A stretch of DNA of 53,729 nt from a virus (Duplodnaviria; Caudoviricetes). The stretch spans positions 1 through 53,729 of the IMG/VR virus record IMGVR_UViG_3300044266_000287; one strand, written 5' to 3'. A program made the position numbers and the translations under genes. The notes beneath the pieces are model-generated. The model was not told the DNA's origin, did not search any database, and saw only the letters and a program-made list of their open reading frames with translations. Shown here piece after piece: positions 9,867 to 20,104 of this stretch. How positions within the stretch are numbered: position 1 is the stretch's first letter; the number at the start of each line of letters is the position of its first letter.

Positions 9867-10979
9867 ATGTCAGTTAATGAAGGGAATACAATACAATACA
9901 CAGTAGCTACTACTAAAGTTACTGATGGTACAACTTTGTATTGGAGAACTACAGGTAATGTAAATTATGGTCTTTGTGGTGCTTCTCAAATTTCTGGAAG
10001 TAACAATGGTACTATTGTTGTTACAAACAACCAAGGTGTGTTTAATGTTAGTTTAAATTTAAATCATTTTACTGACAACACAAGAACTTTAGGTATTGGA
10101 TTATCATCTACTCAATGGGGACCAATTATTGGTGCAACAGCACAATCAATTACTATTAATGATACATCTAGAAGTTCATATTCTATAGCTTATGCAGTAA
10201 TTGGCGGAGGAGGATCTCCAGGAACAGGAAATATTTACGGTGGCGGTGGTGCTGGAGGTGTAGTTACGGGTACGGCAACAGTCAATAGTAATTTAACTTA
10301 TACAATTACTGTTGGTGGCGGTGGCGCAAGCGCAGGTTCTCCAGGAAATTCAAGTGTATTAACCGGTCCCACTCCTTCGCCATTCAGTCCTGTTACTGCT
10401 TATGGTGGTGGAGGAGGAGGTAATGGTAATCCAACTACCGCACCAGGTGCCACCGGTAAAACTACTTGTGCTAGTGGTGGTGGTGGAGGCTATTATGTTC
10501 CTTCTCCCGGTACCGTAACGGCTGAACCTGGAGGAACAGCAGGACCACAAGGACATGCAGGGGGATATGGTGCAGCTTATTATAGTGCGACACCACCTAT
10601 AAGTCCTGTACAAAATTTTGCCGGAGGCGGAGGAGGTGGTGCTGGCGCTGCAGGAACCTCTGCAAGTTCATTACCAACTGCAGTTGGCGGATCGGGTGGA
10701 GCAGGAATAACTTGGCCTTATACTGGAGGAACTTATTATGCCGGAGGAGCAGGAGGTTCAGCTAGTGGATTTCCTAGTCCCGCAACACAAGGTTCCGGTG
10801 GTTTAGGATATAATTATTATGGCGGAGGTAATTCTTATCAAGGCGCTGTACTTTTAGCTATTCCCACTTCAAATTATCCTGGAAATCCTGCATACGCTCC
10901 TTTCGCAAGCGTTAATCCGCCAGCAGCACCAGGTTATACAATATTACTTTATTCGAGTTCTGGTACATACACCGCTTAA
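9867..10979 (+). CDS. Gly-rich adhesin-like protein with N-terminal Ig/Calx-beta-like domain
   Basis: N-terminal 'SVNEG.T..YTV.T....DGT.LYW...I.INDTS'; one module 'VIGGGG...GGGGAGG...YTITVGGGG...YYAGG...LAIP...SSGTYTA'. Confidence 0.7.
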   Translation: MSVNEGNTIQYTVATTKVTDGTTLYWRTTGNVNYGLCGASQISGSNNGTIVVTNNQGVFNVSLNLNHFTDNTRTLGIGLSSTQWGPIIGATAQSITINDTSRSSYSIAYAVIGGGGSPGTGNIYGGGGAGGVVTGTATVNSNLTYTITVGGGGASAGSPGNSSVLTGPTPSPFSPVTAYGGGGGGNGNPTTAPGATGKTTCASGGGGGYYVPSPGTVTAEPGGTAGPQGHAGGYGAAYYSATPPISPVQNFAGGGGGGAGAAGTSASSLPTAVGGSGGAGITWPYTGGTYYAGGAGGSASGFPSPATQGSGGLGYNYYGGGNSYQGAVLLAIPTSNYPGNPAYAPFASVNPPAAPGYTILLYSSSGTYTA

Positions 10980-10990
10980 AGGTAAATTAA

Positions 10991-11731
10991 ATGGCATTTC
11001 CAACTTCACCTGCAAATAATCAATTTGCTATCGTCAACGGCATAGAGTATGTATGGAATGCTACCAAAGGTGCGTGGTACCGTTATGGCGATGCTACCGT
11101 TAATATAATTACAGCAAATACTTTTCAACCATTAAGTAATATTGTTTTTTCTGATTCTTCAATACAAACTTCTGCTTACAACACCAGTTTACAAATATAT
11201 TTCTCAAATACAACAGGATCATCATCATATACAACTGGTGCAATTACTATTAATGGTGGAGTTGGTATTTCTGGAAACATTTATTCCGGTGGAATTATTT
11301 CTTCTAGTGGAAATATTATTTCTAGTGGAAACATATATTCCAATGGAATATCTTCAAACACAATTGTGTCCGCATCAAATATAGCAAATAATTCTGTTGG
11401 TTATTTGGGATTACCACAAAATATAGTATCATTAAATTATACCTTAGTTATTACCGATTCAGGTAAACACATTTATATGACACAATCGGCCAACACAGGT
11501 AATTTGACTATTCCACAGAATTCATCAGTTCCATTTCCTGTTGGAACAATTATCACTTTAGTAAATTCACCATCTTATTCATCTAATATTGTTAATACAG
11601 GAACGGCAACTTTATATGTTGTTGCAAATTCTACTCCTAGAACAAGTATACAAATTGGAAGTTTTGGTATCGCATCTTTAATTAAAATTGCATCAGATAC
11701 TTGGTATGTGTCCGGTTCAGGAATAACTTAA
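10991..11731 (+). CDS. Short fibre/adaptor protein
   Basis: N-terminal 'MAFPTSP.N.Q..IVNG..Y.W' module; 'GG.GISGN' repeats; C-terminal 'YTL..TD.GK...TIP.N.SV.FP.GT...LIK...DTW...G' domain seen at phage fibre tips. Confidence 0.65.
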   Translation: MAFPTSPANNQFAIVNGIEYVWNATKGAWYRYGDATVNIITANTFQPLSNIVFSDSSIQTSAYNTSLQIYFSNTTGSSSYTTGAITINGGVGISGNIYSGGIISSSGNIISSGNIYSNGISSNTIVSASNIANNSVGYLGLPQNIVSLNYTLVITDSGKHIYMTQSANTGNLTIPQNSSVPFPVGTIITLVNSPSYSSNIVNTGTATLYVVANSTPRTSIQIGSFGIASLIKIASDTWYVSGSGIT

Positions 11732-12705
11732 TGGGTCATTTTTTTGTTTTTAATCCTTCTTCGAGCACAACTTCACCACCAGGTGCAACATATACGCTTA
11801 ATTATTTAATAGTGGCTGGTGGAGGCGCAGGAAATCCAACTTCCTTAGGAGGATTTTTTGGAGGTGGTGGAGGTGCTGGGGGATTTATTTGTTCTTGTCT
11901 AACGGTCACAACTGGAGTACCATATGTAATTACTGTTGGATCCGGAGGTAGTGTAAGTGCTTACCCAATTGCAAGTAGTTCAAATGGAACTTCTTCAAGT
12001 ATTTCTGCACCATCTGTACCAAGTTTTACTGTTAGATCCGCAGTAGGTGGTGGTCATGGAGCTACTGGGAGTGCTACTGGTGGTGCAGGTGCTACGGGTG
12101 GATCGGGCGGTGGCGGTACAGGTTATCAATGTAGTCCTCCTGCATGTAATTCACATTTAGGTTTAGCGGTAGGAAGTCCTGGCCAAGGGGTTGCAGGTAC
12201 ACAAGGATATCCTGGCGGATCAGGAAATCCAAGTAGTTCCGGTGGAGGAGGAGGAGCCGGAGGATCAGGAGGAACTGGTTGTTTTAGAGGCGGTAATGGT
12301 GGACTAGCAAAAATTTGGACATATACTGGACTTTATTATGCGGGTGGTGGTGGAGGAGGCGCATATTATCCTACTGCACCAATATCACCACAAAAATTTG
12401 GTTACGGTGGCGGACAACCTCCAGCCAGTCCTTCACTTAAAGGTGGTGGAGGTGACGGCAGTAGTCCTACATGTAGACCCGGCAAAGCGGGTACTCCTGG
12501 TACCGGGGGTGGAGGTGGTGGTGCAAATTACGGAACATCTCCAAGAAGTTGTGGAGGCAACGGCGGAAGTGGTGTAGTTATTTTAGCTGTGCCTACTGCA
12601 AATTATCCCGGATCGGCTCCTGGTGCTACAGTAACTTGTGCTCCTCCATCATATCCAGGATTTAAATTAATAACGTATACTTCTTCAGGCAATTATATTG
12701 CTTAA
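11731..12705 (+). CDS. Gly-rich adhesin-like protein (one module)
   Basis: Start at the TAATG overlap (ATG 11731) is more plausible than 11701; 'YLIVAGGG...GGGGAGG...YYAGGGGG...VILAVP...YPGSAPG...SSGNYIA'. Confidence 0.7.
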   Translation: MGHFFVFNPSSSTTSPPGATYTLNYLIVAGGGAGNPTSLGGFFGGGGGAGGFICSCLTVTTGVPYVITVGSGGSVSAYPIASSSNGTSSSISAPSVPSFTVRSAVGGGHGATGSATGGAGATGGSGGGGTGYQCSPPACNSHLGLAVGSPGQGVAGTQGYPGGSGNPSSSGGGGGAGGSGGTGCFRGGNGGLAKIWTYTGLYYAGGGGGGAYYPTAPISPQKFGYGGGQPPASPSLKGGGGDGSSPTCRPGKAGTPGTGGGGGGANYGTSPRSCGGNGGSGVVILAVPTANYPGSAPGATVTCAPPSYPGFKLITYTSSGNYIA

Positions 12706-12791
12706 TGGAAAATTTCGAATTTTTGCGTTCCGGCCCCAAATTTTTCCGGCGCATATACTAGGTTCCAAAAAGCGTTTTTACTCCGAGGCGT

Positions 12792-12799
12792 AATAAATA
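12792..12799 (+). promoter_or_regulatory. Putative late promoter (AATAAATA) for gp25
   Basis: One mismatch to TATAAATA, just upstream of the gp25 ATG. Confidence 0.6.
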
Positions 12800-12803
12800 A
12801 AGA

Positions 12804-13193
12804 ATGGCAATGAATTACATTTACTCAGACTTAGATTTAACCTTTCTCCCATCACCGGCGACAGGTGATGTGTCTTTGAAGTATAACGAACAAGCAGTCA
12901 TCAGGTCTATTCGTAACTTACTATCAACCAGTCTATACGAGAGACCATTTCAACCAGAGGTTGGAAGTACATTAAACGCATTACTATTTGAACCAATCAC
13001 ATCAATTACTGCCACTTTGATTGAAAATGAAATAGTTCGTATGATTAAAAACTACGAACCAAGAGCAACAGTAAGTCAACTCAATGTGACGGCTAATCCA
13101 GATGGTAACGCATTTAATGTAGCACTATATGTTTACATTGGTAATCAGACAACACCAACAGCAATTAATCTATTATTACAGAGGACCAGATAA
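12804..13193 (+). CDS. gp25: Baseplate wedge subunit / sheath initiator
   Basis: 'YSDLDL.F...P.TGD......AV.RSIRNL..T..YERPFQP..GS....LLFE...YEPR'. Confidence 0.93.
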   Translation: MAMNYIYSDLDLTFLPSPATGDVSLKYNEQAVIRSIRNLLSTSLYERPFQPEVGSTLNALLFEPITSITATLIENEIVRMIKNYEPRATVSQLNVTANPDGNAFNVALYVYIGNQTTPTAINLLLQRTR

Positions 13194-15280
13194 TGGCCGC
13201 AAATACAAATACGCAAGTAGTAAGCTTAGACTTTGATTCGTTAAAGAATAATTTTATTACCTATCTTCAAGGTCAAGATACATTCAAGGATTATAACTTT
13301 GAAGGTTCAGCATTGAATCAATTAGTTGATGTGTTGACATATAATACTCAATACAATGCCTACTATTTAAATATGGTAGCCAATGAAATGTTCTTAGATT
13401 CTGCTACACAAAGAAGTTCTGTTGTCTCTCAAGCAAAGGTATTAAACTATACACCACAATCAGCCATTGCACCTACTGCAACAGTTAATGTTACTTTCAC
13501 TAATGTTTCTACCAGTTCTTTGACATTACCTGCCTATCAGACATTCAGTTCTTCAGCAATCAACGGTGTAAACTATACTTTCGTTAATCCTAATTCTTAT
13601 ACAGTTAATGTTTCCAATAATACTGCTATATTCCCAAATGTACAGATTAAACAAGGTGTATATGCGACTTATCGTTTTACTGTAAGTTCTGCTACAAATC
13701 CAAATTACATTTTTGAGATTCCTGATAGTGCAATTGATACTACCAGTCTACAAGTGTTGGTACAAACATCATCTTCAAATAGTTCATATACAATTTACAA
13801 TCAAGCAATGCCTGCTGATTACTTAACATTGGATTCTACTTCACAAGTTTATTTCTTACAAGAAGCATTGAATGGTAATTATGAAATCTATTTTGGTGAC
13901 GGAGTTTTAGGACAACAATTGGTTGACGGTAATATTGTTGTTGTCAATTATGTTTCAACAGAAGGTACTGCGGCTGCAGGTGCCAATTCATTTGTATTGT
14001 TGAATACTGTCTCTGGATATTCTCCTTCTGCCGTATTATCTGTTACTCCAGCAACTGCCGGTTCAGATAAAGAAACAATTGATTCTATTAAATTTCAAGC
14101 ACCAAAAACATTTGCTGCTCAAGGTCGTGCTGTAAGTAAATCAGATTATATTTCAGCAATTCAGCAGAACAATCAAGGTTTCTCATTTGATGCCGTTAAT
14201 GTATGGGGTGGAGAAGAAAATAATCCACCAGTTTATGGTCAAGTATTCGTTTCTTTGAAACCTACAGGCGCATACAACTTAACTAATGCACAGAAACAAG
14301 CTATTATTACCAATATTATTCAACCTATTTCAGTATTAACTGTAACTCCTACTATTGTTGATCCCGATTATACTTACATCAAAATTAATGTTAATGCTTT
14401 GTATGATCCAACAAAAACAACATTGACTTCTGCTCAGTTAGAGACAGGTATTACATCATCAATTCAATCTTTTGCCACAAGTACATTAAATACTTTTAAT
14501 TCTACATTTAATGCTTATGATTTATTGAGTGCCGTTCAGACTTATGATGCTTCAATTATTACATCTGAATATTCAATACAATTACAGAAGAAATTCTTCC
14601 CCAATTTAACAACACCAACAACTTATACACTATCTTATAATACACCATTAGAACGTGGTGTGTTTTCAAGTGGTGTCACTAGTTCACCTGCTATGCAGTT
14701 TATTGATAAGTCAAATACTGCCAATATTATTGATGGTGTATACCTTGAAGAAGTTCCACAAGAAACTCATGGAATTGATAGTGTTTCCGTTATTAATCCT
14801 GGTTTCAACTATACGTCAGCACCTACTGTAACAATCAATGGTGATGGTACAGGCGCAACAGCAGAAGCAGTTATTGCTGGCGGTAGAATACAGAGTATTA
14901 TTGTTACAAATTCTGGCAACAACTATACATCAGCAATAGCAACTATTACTCCTGTTGAGGGTGATACTACTGGTCAAAATGCTGCAGCCGTTGTCAATTT
15001 AGAAGGTCGTTATGGTATAATTAGAAGTTACTATTACAGTACAAATAATAATGTTAAAACTGTTTTGAACACCAACGCAGGAACAATTGATTATGATGCT
15101 GGTGTGGTTACATTAACTTCATTTGGTCCACTCAATGTTGATAATGTTTTAGGTCAATTAGCGGTAACAGTAACACCAAAGACTTCAATCATTTCTTCTA
15201 CATACAATGGAATTATTACAGTAGATCCATTTGATATTAATGCAATTACTGTATCCGTTAATGCTAAAACAACAAGTTAA
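13193..15280 (+). CDS. gp6: Baseplate wedge subunit
   Basis: 'LDFD.LK.....L..Q..FKDYNFEGS.L..L.DVL.YNT.YNAYY.NM..NEMFLDSA..RSSVVS.AK', 'YFGDG..G', 'Q.RAV...DY', 'WGGE.N.PP.YG.V'. Confidence 0.95.
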   Translation: MAANTNTQVVSLDFDSLKNNFITYLQGQDTFKDYNFEGSALNQLVDVLTYNTQYNAYYLNMVANEMFLDSATQRSSVVSQAKVLNYTPQSAIAPTATVNVTFTNVSTSSLTLPAYQTFSSSAINGVNYTFVNPNSYTVNVSNNTAIFPNVQIKQGVYATYRFTVSSATNPNYIFEIPDSAIDTTSLQVLVQTSSSNSSYTIYNQAMPADYLTLDSTSQVYFLQEALNGNYEIYFGDGVLGQQLVDGNIVVVNYVSTEGTAAAGANSFVLLNTVSGYSPSAVLSVTPATAGSDKETIDSIKFQAPKTFAAQGRAVSKSDYISAIQQNNQGFSFDAVNVWGGEENNPPVYGQVFVSLKPTGAYNLTNAQKQAIITNIIQPISVLTVTPTIVDPDYTYIKINVNALYDPTKTTLTSAQLETGITSSIQSFATSTLNTFNSTFNAYDLLSAVQTYDASIITSEYSIQLQKKFFPNLTTPTTYTLSYNTPLERGVFSSGVTSSPAMQFIDKSNTANIIDGVYLEEVPQETHGIDSVSVINPGFNYTSAPTVTINGDGTGATAEAVIAGGRIQSIIVTNSGNNYTSAIATITPVEGDTTGQNAAAVVNLEGRYGIIRSYYYSTNNNVKTVLNTNAGTIDYDAGVVTLTSFGPLNVDNVLGQLAVTVTPKTSIISSTYNGIITVDPFDINAITVSVNAKTTS

Positions 15281-15284
15281 TTAA

Positions 15285-18131
15285 ATGTTACTAAGTAACC
15301 AAAAAACTTCTTTACAAGTACCTTTTCAACTTCCTGCGTACATTCGGGATGATCCCAACTATGCCAATTTTGTATTGTTTTTACAGGCATATTATGAATG
15401 GTTGGAACAACAAGATAATGTTACCGATGTTAGCAAGAATTTATTAAACTATAAAGATATTGATTCTTTAGAATCCGCCAATGTTGCATTGAGTGGTTCT
15501 AGTGCCGTTGTTGAACAGTTTATAGATTACTTTGAAAATGATTTTCTTTCTTACTTTCCAACCAATATTTTAGCAAATCAAACGGAAGTAATTAAGTTAG
15601 CAAAACAATTATATCAATCTAAAGGTACACCTGCTTCCTATAAATTTCTTTTTAGAATTCTTTATAATAGTGATGTTGACTTTTTCAACACCAAAGATGC
15701 AGTATTAAAGGCATCGTCAGGTACATGGTACATACCAAAGAATTTAAATGTTGGTTCAGTTGACGCAACTCAACTTCAATATTGGAGTAATCTTGCTGGT
15801 TTAAAAATTGTAGGTTTAACATCAAAAGCAATTGCTGTTATTGAAAATACAGTTATTACACCATCACAAGGAGTTGAAGTATTTCTTACTGAACTTGATA
15901 GAGATTTTGAATCAGGTGAGACTGTTAATATTATTGATAAAAATAATCAATTTGTTTATGATCCTAATAATAATCAATTTCAAGGACAAATTGTTGGTCA
16001 ATTAGGCCAAATTGCTATTAATCCTAATTACCGAGGACTGTATTATAAAGTAGGTGATCCAGTAGTTGTTTATGGTGGTTTATTTTTCTCTGGTTCTGCT
16101 CCTGCTACAGCTCAGGTATCTGGAATTTCTCAAGGTTCTATACAATCAATTAATGTGTTGCAAGGTGGTTACGGTTATACCGCAAACCCTAATACTACTA
16201 TCAATTTGACAAATGCACCTGGTGCTTCTGCTGCAGTTGCTTCATTGAATCCAGCAAATTCTGGCATTAGTGTTGTTGCATTATTACCAACAGATGCTCT
16301 ATTGTATGTAAATGCAGGTCAAGGACCTACGATTGGCAACACAACATATTCTTTCTTTGCAAACAATTCAACTGCAAATGCTAATACATCTTTAGCAAAT
16401 ACTTTTTCGTTTACTTCTTTTACCACTTACCCAATATCAGCAGTTGGATTAGTGGCGGCAGGTTCAGGTATTACTCAACAACCTACTGTTACTGCCACTT
16501 CAGGTTATCAAACAACCAATTCTGCTGTTGTTGCAGACTTATCTGATATGGGTATATTGGCACCAATTCAGATTATTAATCCTGGTTTAGGTTATCACGC
16601 CAATGATATTATTACAATTACGGGTGGTTCAGGTTATGGTGCACACGCCAATGTATTGAGTGTTAATGCTAATGGTGCTATTACAAGTGTAGGTTACACA
16701 TACTCTCCATTACACTATACACCTTTACATCATTCTTTGGGTGGAATGGGTTATCGACCAGACCAATTACCTACTGTAACAATTACTACATCAAATACCT
16801 CACCTGCCACATTATCTGTACCTGGAATATTAGGTACAGGAGCTACTTTCTATACTACAACAGACCGTGCGGGTGCTGTTTCTCAAATTCAAGTTACCTA
16901 TGGTGGCACCGAATACATTGCTACACCAAACGTATCGTTGACTGTACAAGACTTGTTGGTAACAGGAATTTCTGCTGCATCATTACCTAAATCTGGTGCA
17001 ACGATTTATCAGGGAACAAATTACTCAACTGCAACTTACAAAGCACAAGTATCTTCAGTTACAGCTTATACATTATCTTTGGATCCTTTAAAATCTGTAT
17101 ACACAATGCGAGTGTATAATTATAGTGCTCAACCAAGTACCACAACACAGGTAAAAGTATTGGGCACAAGTACAGTATTCAACATAGCAAGTTCTTTACC
17201 TAATAGTGTCACCACTTACGGTGATGGTACGGCACAGGCTACTGCAACATTCTTAAATGGTTTGAATGTTGGTAAAGGTCAATACTTAGATAATTCAGGT
17301 CAGTTAAGTTCTTATGATGTTCTACAAAGTACCGAATATAATAATTACACTTATGAAATTACATTAGAAAAAGAAATTTCTGCGTATAAGAAGATTCTAC
17401 TAAATTTATTGCATCCATCTGGTACTCAAGTATTAGGTCGTTACAAGATGACCTCAAGCAATACATTTAATAGTTTTGCTGCTGATGCGTTTGAAGGAGG
17501 ACATAACTTATCTTTCTATACTGGTACAACCAATACTTTGGCCAATGTTCAAGCCAATTTTGTCAATCAAAGTAACAATATTATTACATTCACCAATTTG
17601 TATGGTGCCAATTTAGCTTCATTTATAAACACTAATAGTAGTATACTATTAACAACATCCAATGGATTTACAATTGCTTCTTTGGTGGCCAATGTAAATT
17701 ACACCTCCAATACGGTTACTTTGGTGGACAATACTTGGTTGACCTTTGCAAATGTTGCTTATGTGACTGCCAATGCTGGTTCAAACGTAATAAATATAAA
17801 CACATTGACTGGTTCCTACGATATTATCAATAATGGTCAATATAGCAATACTGCTTATCCATTATATGACATCGTGTATGCTGGTGACAAAGTTCAAGTT
17901 AACAACCAAATTGCTGTAGTTTCTAGTATTGATTATCCTAATGGTAGGATTAAACTAGCGAACACATTGACATACGGAATTTCAAATGGATTCATGTCAG
18001 TCAATAGAACAGTCAGCACAGATAATGTAAAAATATATGGACCTTTAGGAACACAATATTTCCCTGAGATTTTAACAGAAGATGGAAGAATAATTTTAAC
18101 AGAAGATGGAAACATTCTCTTACTAGGATAA
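15285..18131 (+). CDS. gp7: Baseplate wedge initiator
   Basis: 'Q.P.YI......F..FL.AYYEW', 'Y.SKGT..S...LFR.LY', 'LQ...YN...Y...Y......LLHPSG'; position after gp6. Confidence 0.8.
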   Translation: MLLSNQKTSLQVPFQLPAYIRDDPNYANFVLFLQAYYEWLEQQDNVTDVSKNLLNYKDIDSLESANVALSGSSAVVEQFIDYFENDFLSYFPTNILANQTEVIKLAKQLYQSKGTPASYKFLFRILYNSDVDFFNTKDAVLKASSGTWYIPKNLNVGSVDATQLQYWSNLAGLKIVGLTSKAIAVIENTVITPSQGVEVFLTELDRDFESGETVNIIDKNNQFVYDPNNNQFQGQIVGQLGQIAINPNYRGLYYKVGDPVVVYGGLFFSGSAPATAQVSGISQGSIQSINVLQGGYGYTANPNTTINLTNAPGASAAVASLNPANSGISVVALLPTDALLYVNAGQGPTIGNTTYSFFANNSTANANTSLANTFSFTSFTTYPISAVGLVAAGSGITQQPTVTATSGYQTTNSAVVADLSDMGILAPIQIINPGLGYHANDIITITGGSGYGAHANVLSVNANGAITSVGYTYSPLHYTPLHHSLGGMGYRPDQLPTVTITTSNTSPATLSVPGILGTGATFYTTTDRAGAVSQIQVTYGGTEYIATPNVSLTVQDLLVTGISAASLPKSGATIYQGTNYSTATYKAQVSSVTAYTLSLDPLKSVYTMRVYNYSAQPSTTTQVKVLGTSTVFNIASSLPNSVTTYGDGTAQATATFLNGLNVGKGQYLDNSGQLSSYDVLQSTEYNNYTYEITLEKEISAYKKILLNLLHPSGTQVLGRYKMTSSNTFNSFAADAFEGGHNLSFYTGTTNTLANVQANFVNQSNNIITFTNLYGANLASFINTNSSILLTTSNGFTIASLVANVNYTSNTVTLVDNTWLTFANVAYVTANAGSNVININTLTGSYDIINNGQYSNTAYPLYDIVYAGDKVQVNNQIAVVSSIDYPNGRIKLANTLTYGISNGFMSVNRTVSTDNVKIYGPLGTQYFPEILTEDGRIILTEDGNILLLG

Positions 18132-18134
18132 AAA

Positions 18135-20090
18135 ATGAGTACCGTAAAAATATCGCAACTACCAATTTTTAGTATGATTAATGCTAATACTGCAAACACT
18201 TTGTTTGTTGGGGTAGACATACCAACCGATACAACTTTTCAGTTAACCGCTCACACTATTGCACAAGGTCTTTTTTCACATGAAATTTTAAATGTTGGTG
18301 CTAATCCTGTACTTTTTACTAATACCTCCGCACAATTTTCAGGTTCAGATCCATCATTCTTACAAATCAATAATCAAAACTTTAATGCCAATGGTTCAGC
18401 AGATTATATTGCAACTGCCGATATTGGTGGAAACGCCAATAATTTTATTGACTTAGGTATTAACAATTCACTATTTAACGGTGGTGTTGCTTTCTCATCA
18501 ATGAAAGCACTCGATGGGTATCTGTATGTACATGGTACAACTGATACATCTTCTGATGGTAATTTAATCATTGGTACCGCATCAACAGGAGCCAATGTAA
18601 TTTTTGTTGCTGGTAATACTACTGCACAAAATATTATTATGACTTTAACCAAGTCTGGTTTAGTATTGAATACACAATCAAGTCTAACCGTTTCTGCAAA
18701 CATTATTGCCAACACAATTACAACAACCTCAGGTAATTTGATATTGGATCCACAAGGTTTATATGACGTGGTTCTCCCATCGGGGACTGAACTTTATATA
18801 CAATCAGGAAATAACGCTACTTCAAATACAAATGGCGCACTCATTGTAACTGGTGGTGTTGGCATATCAGGAAATGTATATTCAGGCGGTATTAATATTA
18901 CTGGATCCGGTAACGGCGTAACATTTGTTGATGGCACCACACAAACAACAGCAGGATCTTCTGTAGCAAATACTGTATATCTTCAAGGTGCTTTGAATTC
19001 TGCTAATGCAAACATTGGTTTACTTCAAGCATATGCAAACCAAGCTAACGCCAATATTGCTTTGTTGTTTGGTATTGAGAATAGTCAAAATGCTAATATT
19101 ATATCATTACAATCAAATGTTTCTTCAATCAATACCTATGCCTATTCAGCATACAATAAGGCAAATACTCCATGGAGTTATTTGTCCAATGGTTCATATA
19201 CATTGTTGGTACAATCTGATGGTCAATTAGTATTACCACAAACAACTCTTGGTGGCGCAGCAACAGGATCATTTACATCAACATCAAATGTTTCAATTAA
19301 CGCAGCAGGAAATTTATGGAAATTTGATAACCTTGGTAATTTAAATGGTCCTTATGGTGTAAACCTAACGACTGCTGGTATTCGTTATAATGATGGCACA
19401 TATCAAAACACAGCTGCTTCGCCTGTATCGTACTCTCAAGCATCATTTGCTTTGGCAAATACAGCATTACAGAACACTACAACTGTTATTGTAAATGGAA
19501 TGAATGCTGCAACAATCAATACATCATCAGTTTATACTCCTAATACAATTCTCAATAATGGTTTGATAACTAGTGCAAACGTTCAGGCCAATTATGTGGT
19601 TGCTAATAACATTGGTAATTCAGTACAAGTTGGTATTCTAGTAGGTTCATCATATTGGAACTTTACTGCAAACAATGGTCTGTATGCAACAGGTAACGTT
19701 TGGGTAAACAATTCTTATAACACAGGTAATGTAACTGCAAACACAGTTGTATATGGTTCTTCTGCTGCAGCATCACCAGTAACACAAGGTACAAGTAGAA
19801 GTACATCAGTTACCGCCAACGGAACATCAGGTCAAATCATTTGTTATCCAACAGGCGCATGGCAACATCAAACTGGTTATGTGTTTACTGTAAATAACAG
19901 TTCAATTCTACACACATCTGACGTGGTCTTTGTTTCTATTCAAAGTACCACTTGTCCTGTACCGCAAGTTTCTGTTGCTAACACAAGAGTTGGTAGTTTT
20001 GACATTTGTATTTACAATGCTGGTGGTGCGGGTCAAGATGGTCCATACACAATGAACTTAAACTTTGGTGTCATCAGAGTTGGTTCTTAA
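18135..20090 (+). CDS. Fibre-like structural protein between gp7 and gp8
   Basis: N-terminal 'VKISQLP'; 'Q.NNQN...SAD...AD.G....F.DLG.N' domain; 'GALIVTGGVGISGN' repeat; three copies of the 14-aa stalk repeat. Confidence 0.65.
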   Translation: MSTVKISQLPIFSMINANTANTLFVGVDIPTDTTFQLTAHTIAQGLFSHEILNVGANPVLFTNTSAQFSGSDPSFLQINNQNFNANGSADYIATADIGGNANNFIDLGINNSLFNGGVAFSSMKALDGYLYVHGTTDTSSDGNLIIGTASTGANVIFVAGNTTAQNIIMTLTKSGLVLNTQSSLTVSANIIANTITTTSGNLILDPQGLYDVVLPSGTELYIQSGNNATSNTNGALIVTGGVGISGNVYSGGINITGSGNGVTFVDGTTQTTAGSSVANTVYLQGALNSANANIGLLQAYANQANANIALLFGIENSQNANIISLQSNVSSINTYAYSAYNKANTPWSYLSNGSYTLLVQSDGQLVLPQTTLGGAATGSFTSTSNVSINAAGNLWKFDNLGNLNGPYGVNLTTAGIRYNDGTYQNTAASPVSYSQASFALANTALQNTTTVIVNGMNAATINTSSVYTPNTILNNGLITSANVQANYVVANNIGNSVQVGILVGSSYWNFTANNGLYATGNVWVNNSYNTGNVTANTVVYGSSAAASPVTQGTSRSTSVTANGTSGQIICYPTGAWQHQTGYVFTVNNSSILHTSDVVFVSIQSTTCPVPQVSVANTRVGSFDICIYNAGGAGQDGPYTMNLNFGVIRVGS

Positions 20091-20092
20091 CG

Positions 20093-20100
20093 AATAAATA
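20093..20100 (+). promoter_or_regulatory. Putative late promoter (AATAAATA) for gp8
   Basis: Lies in the 14-nt intergenic gap before gp8. Confidence 0.55.
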
Positions 20101-20104
20101 AATC

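Noticed and set aside
9867-12705. Collagen-like or PE-PGRS annotation for the Gly-rich proteins
   Set aside because: No sustained Gly-X-Y periodicity and no PE domain; Gly runs alternate with loops, as in gp38-type polyglycine domains
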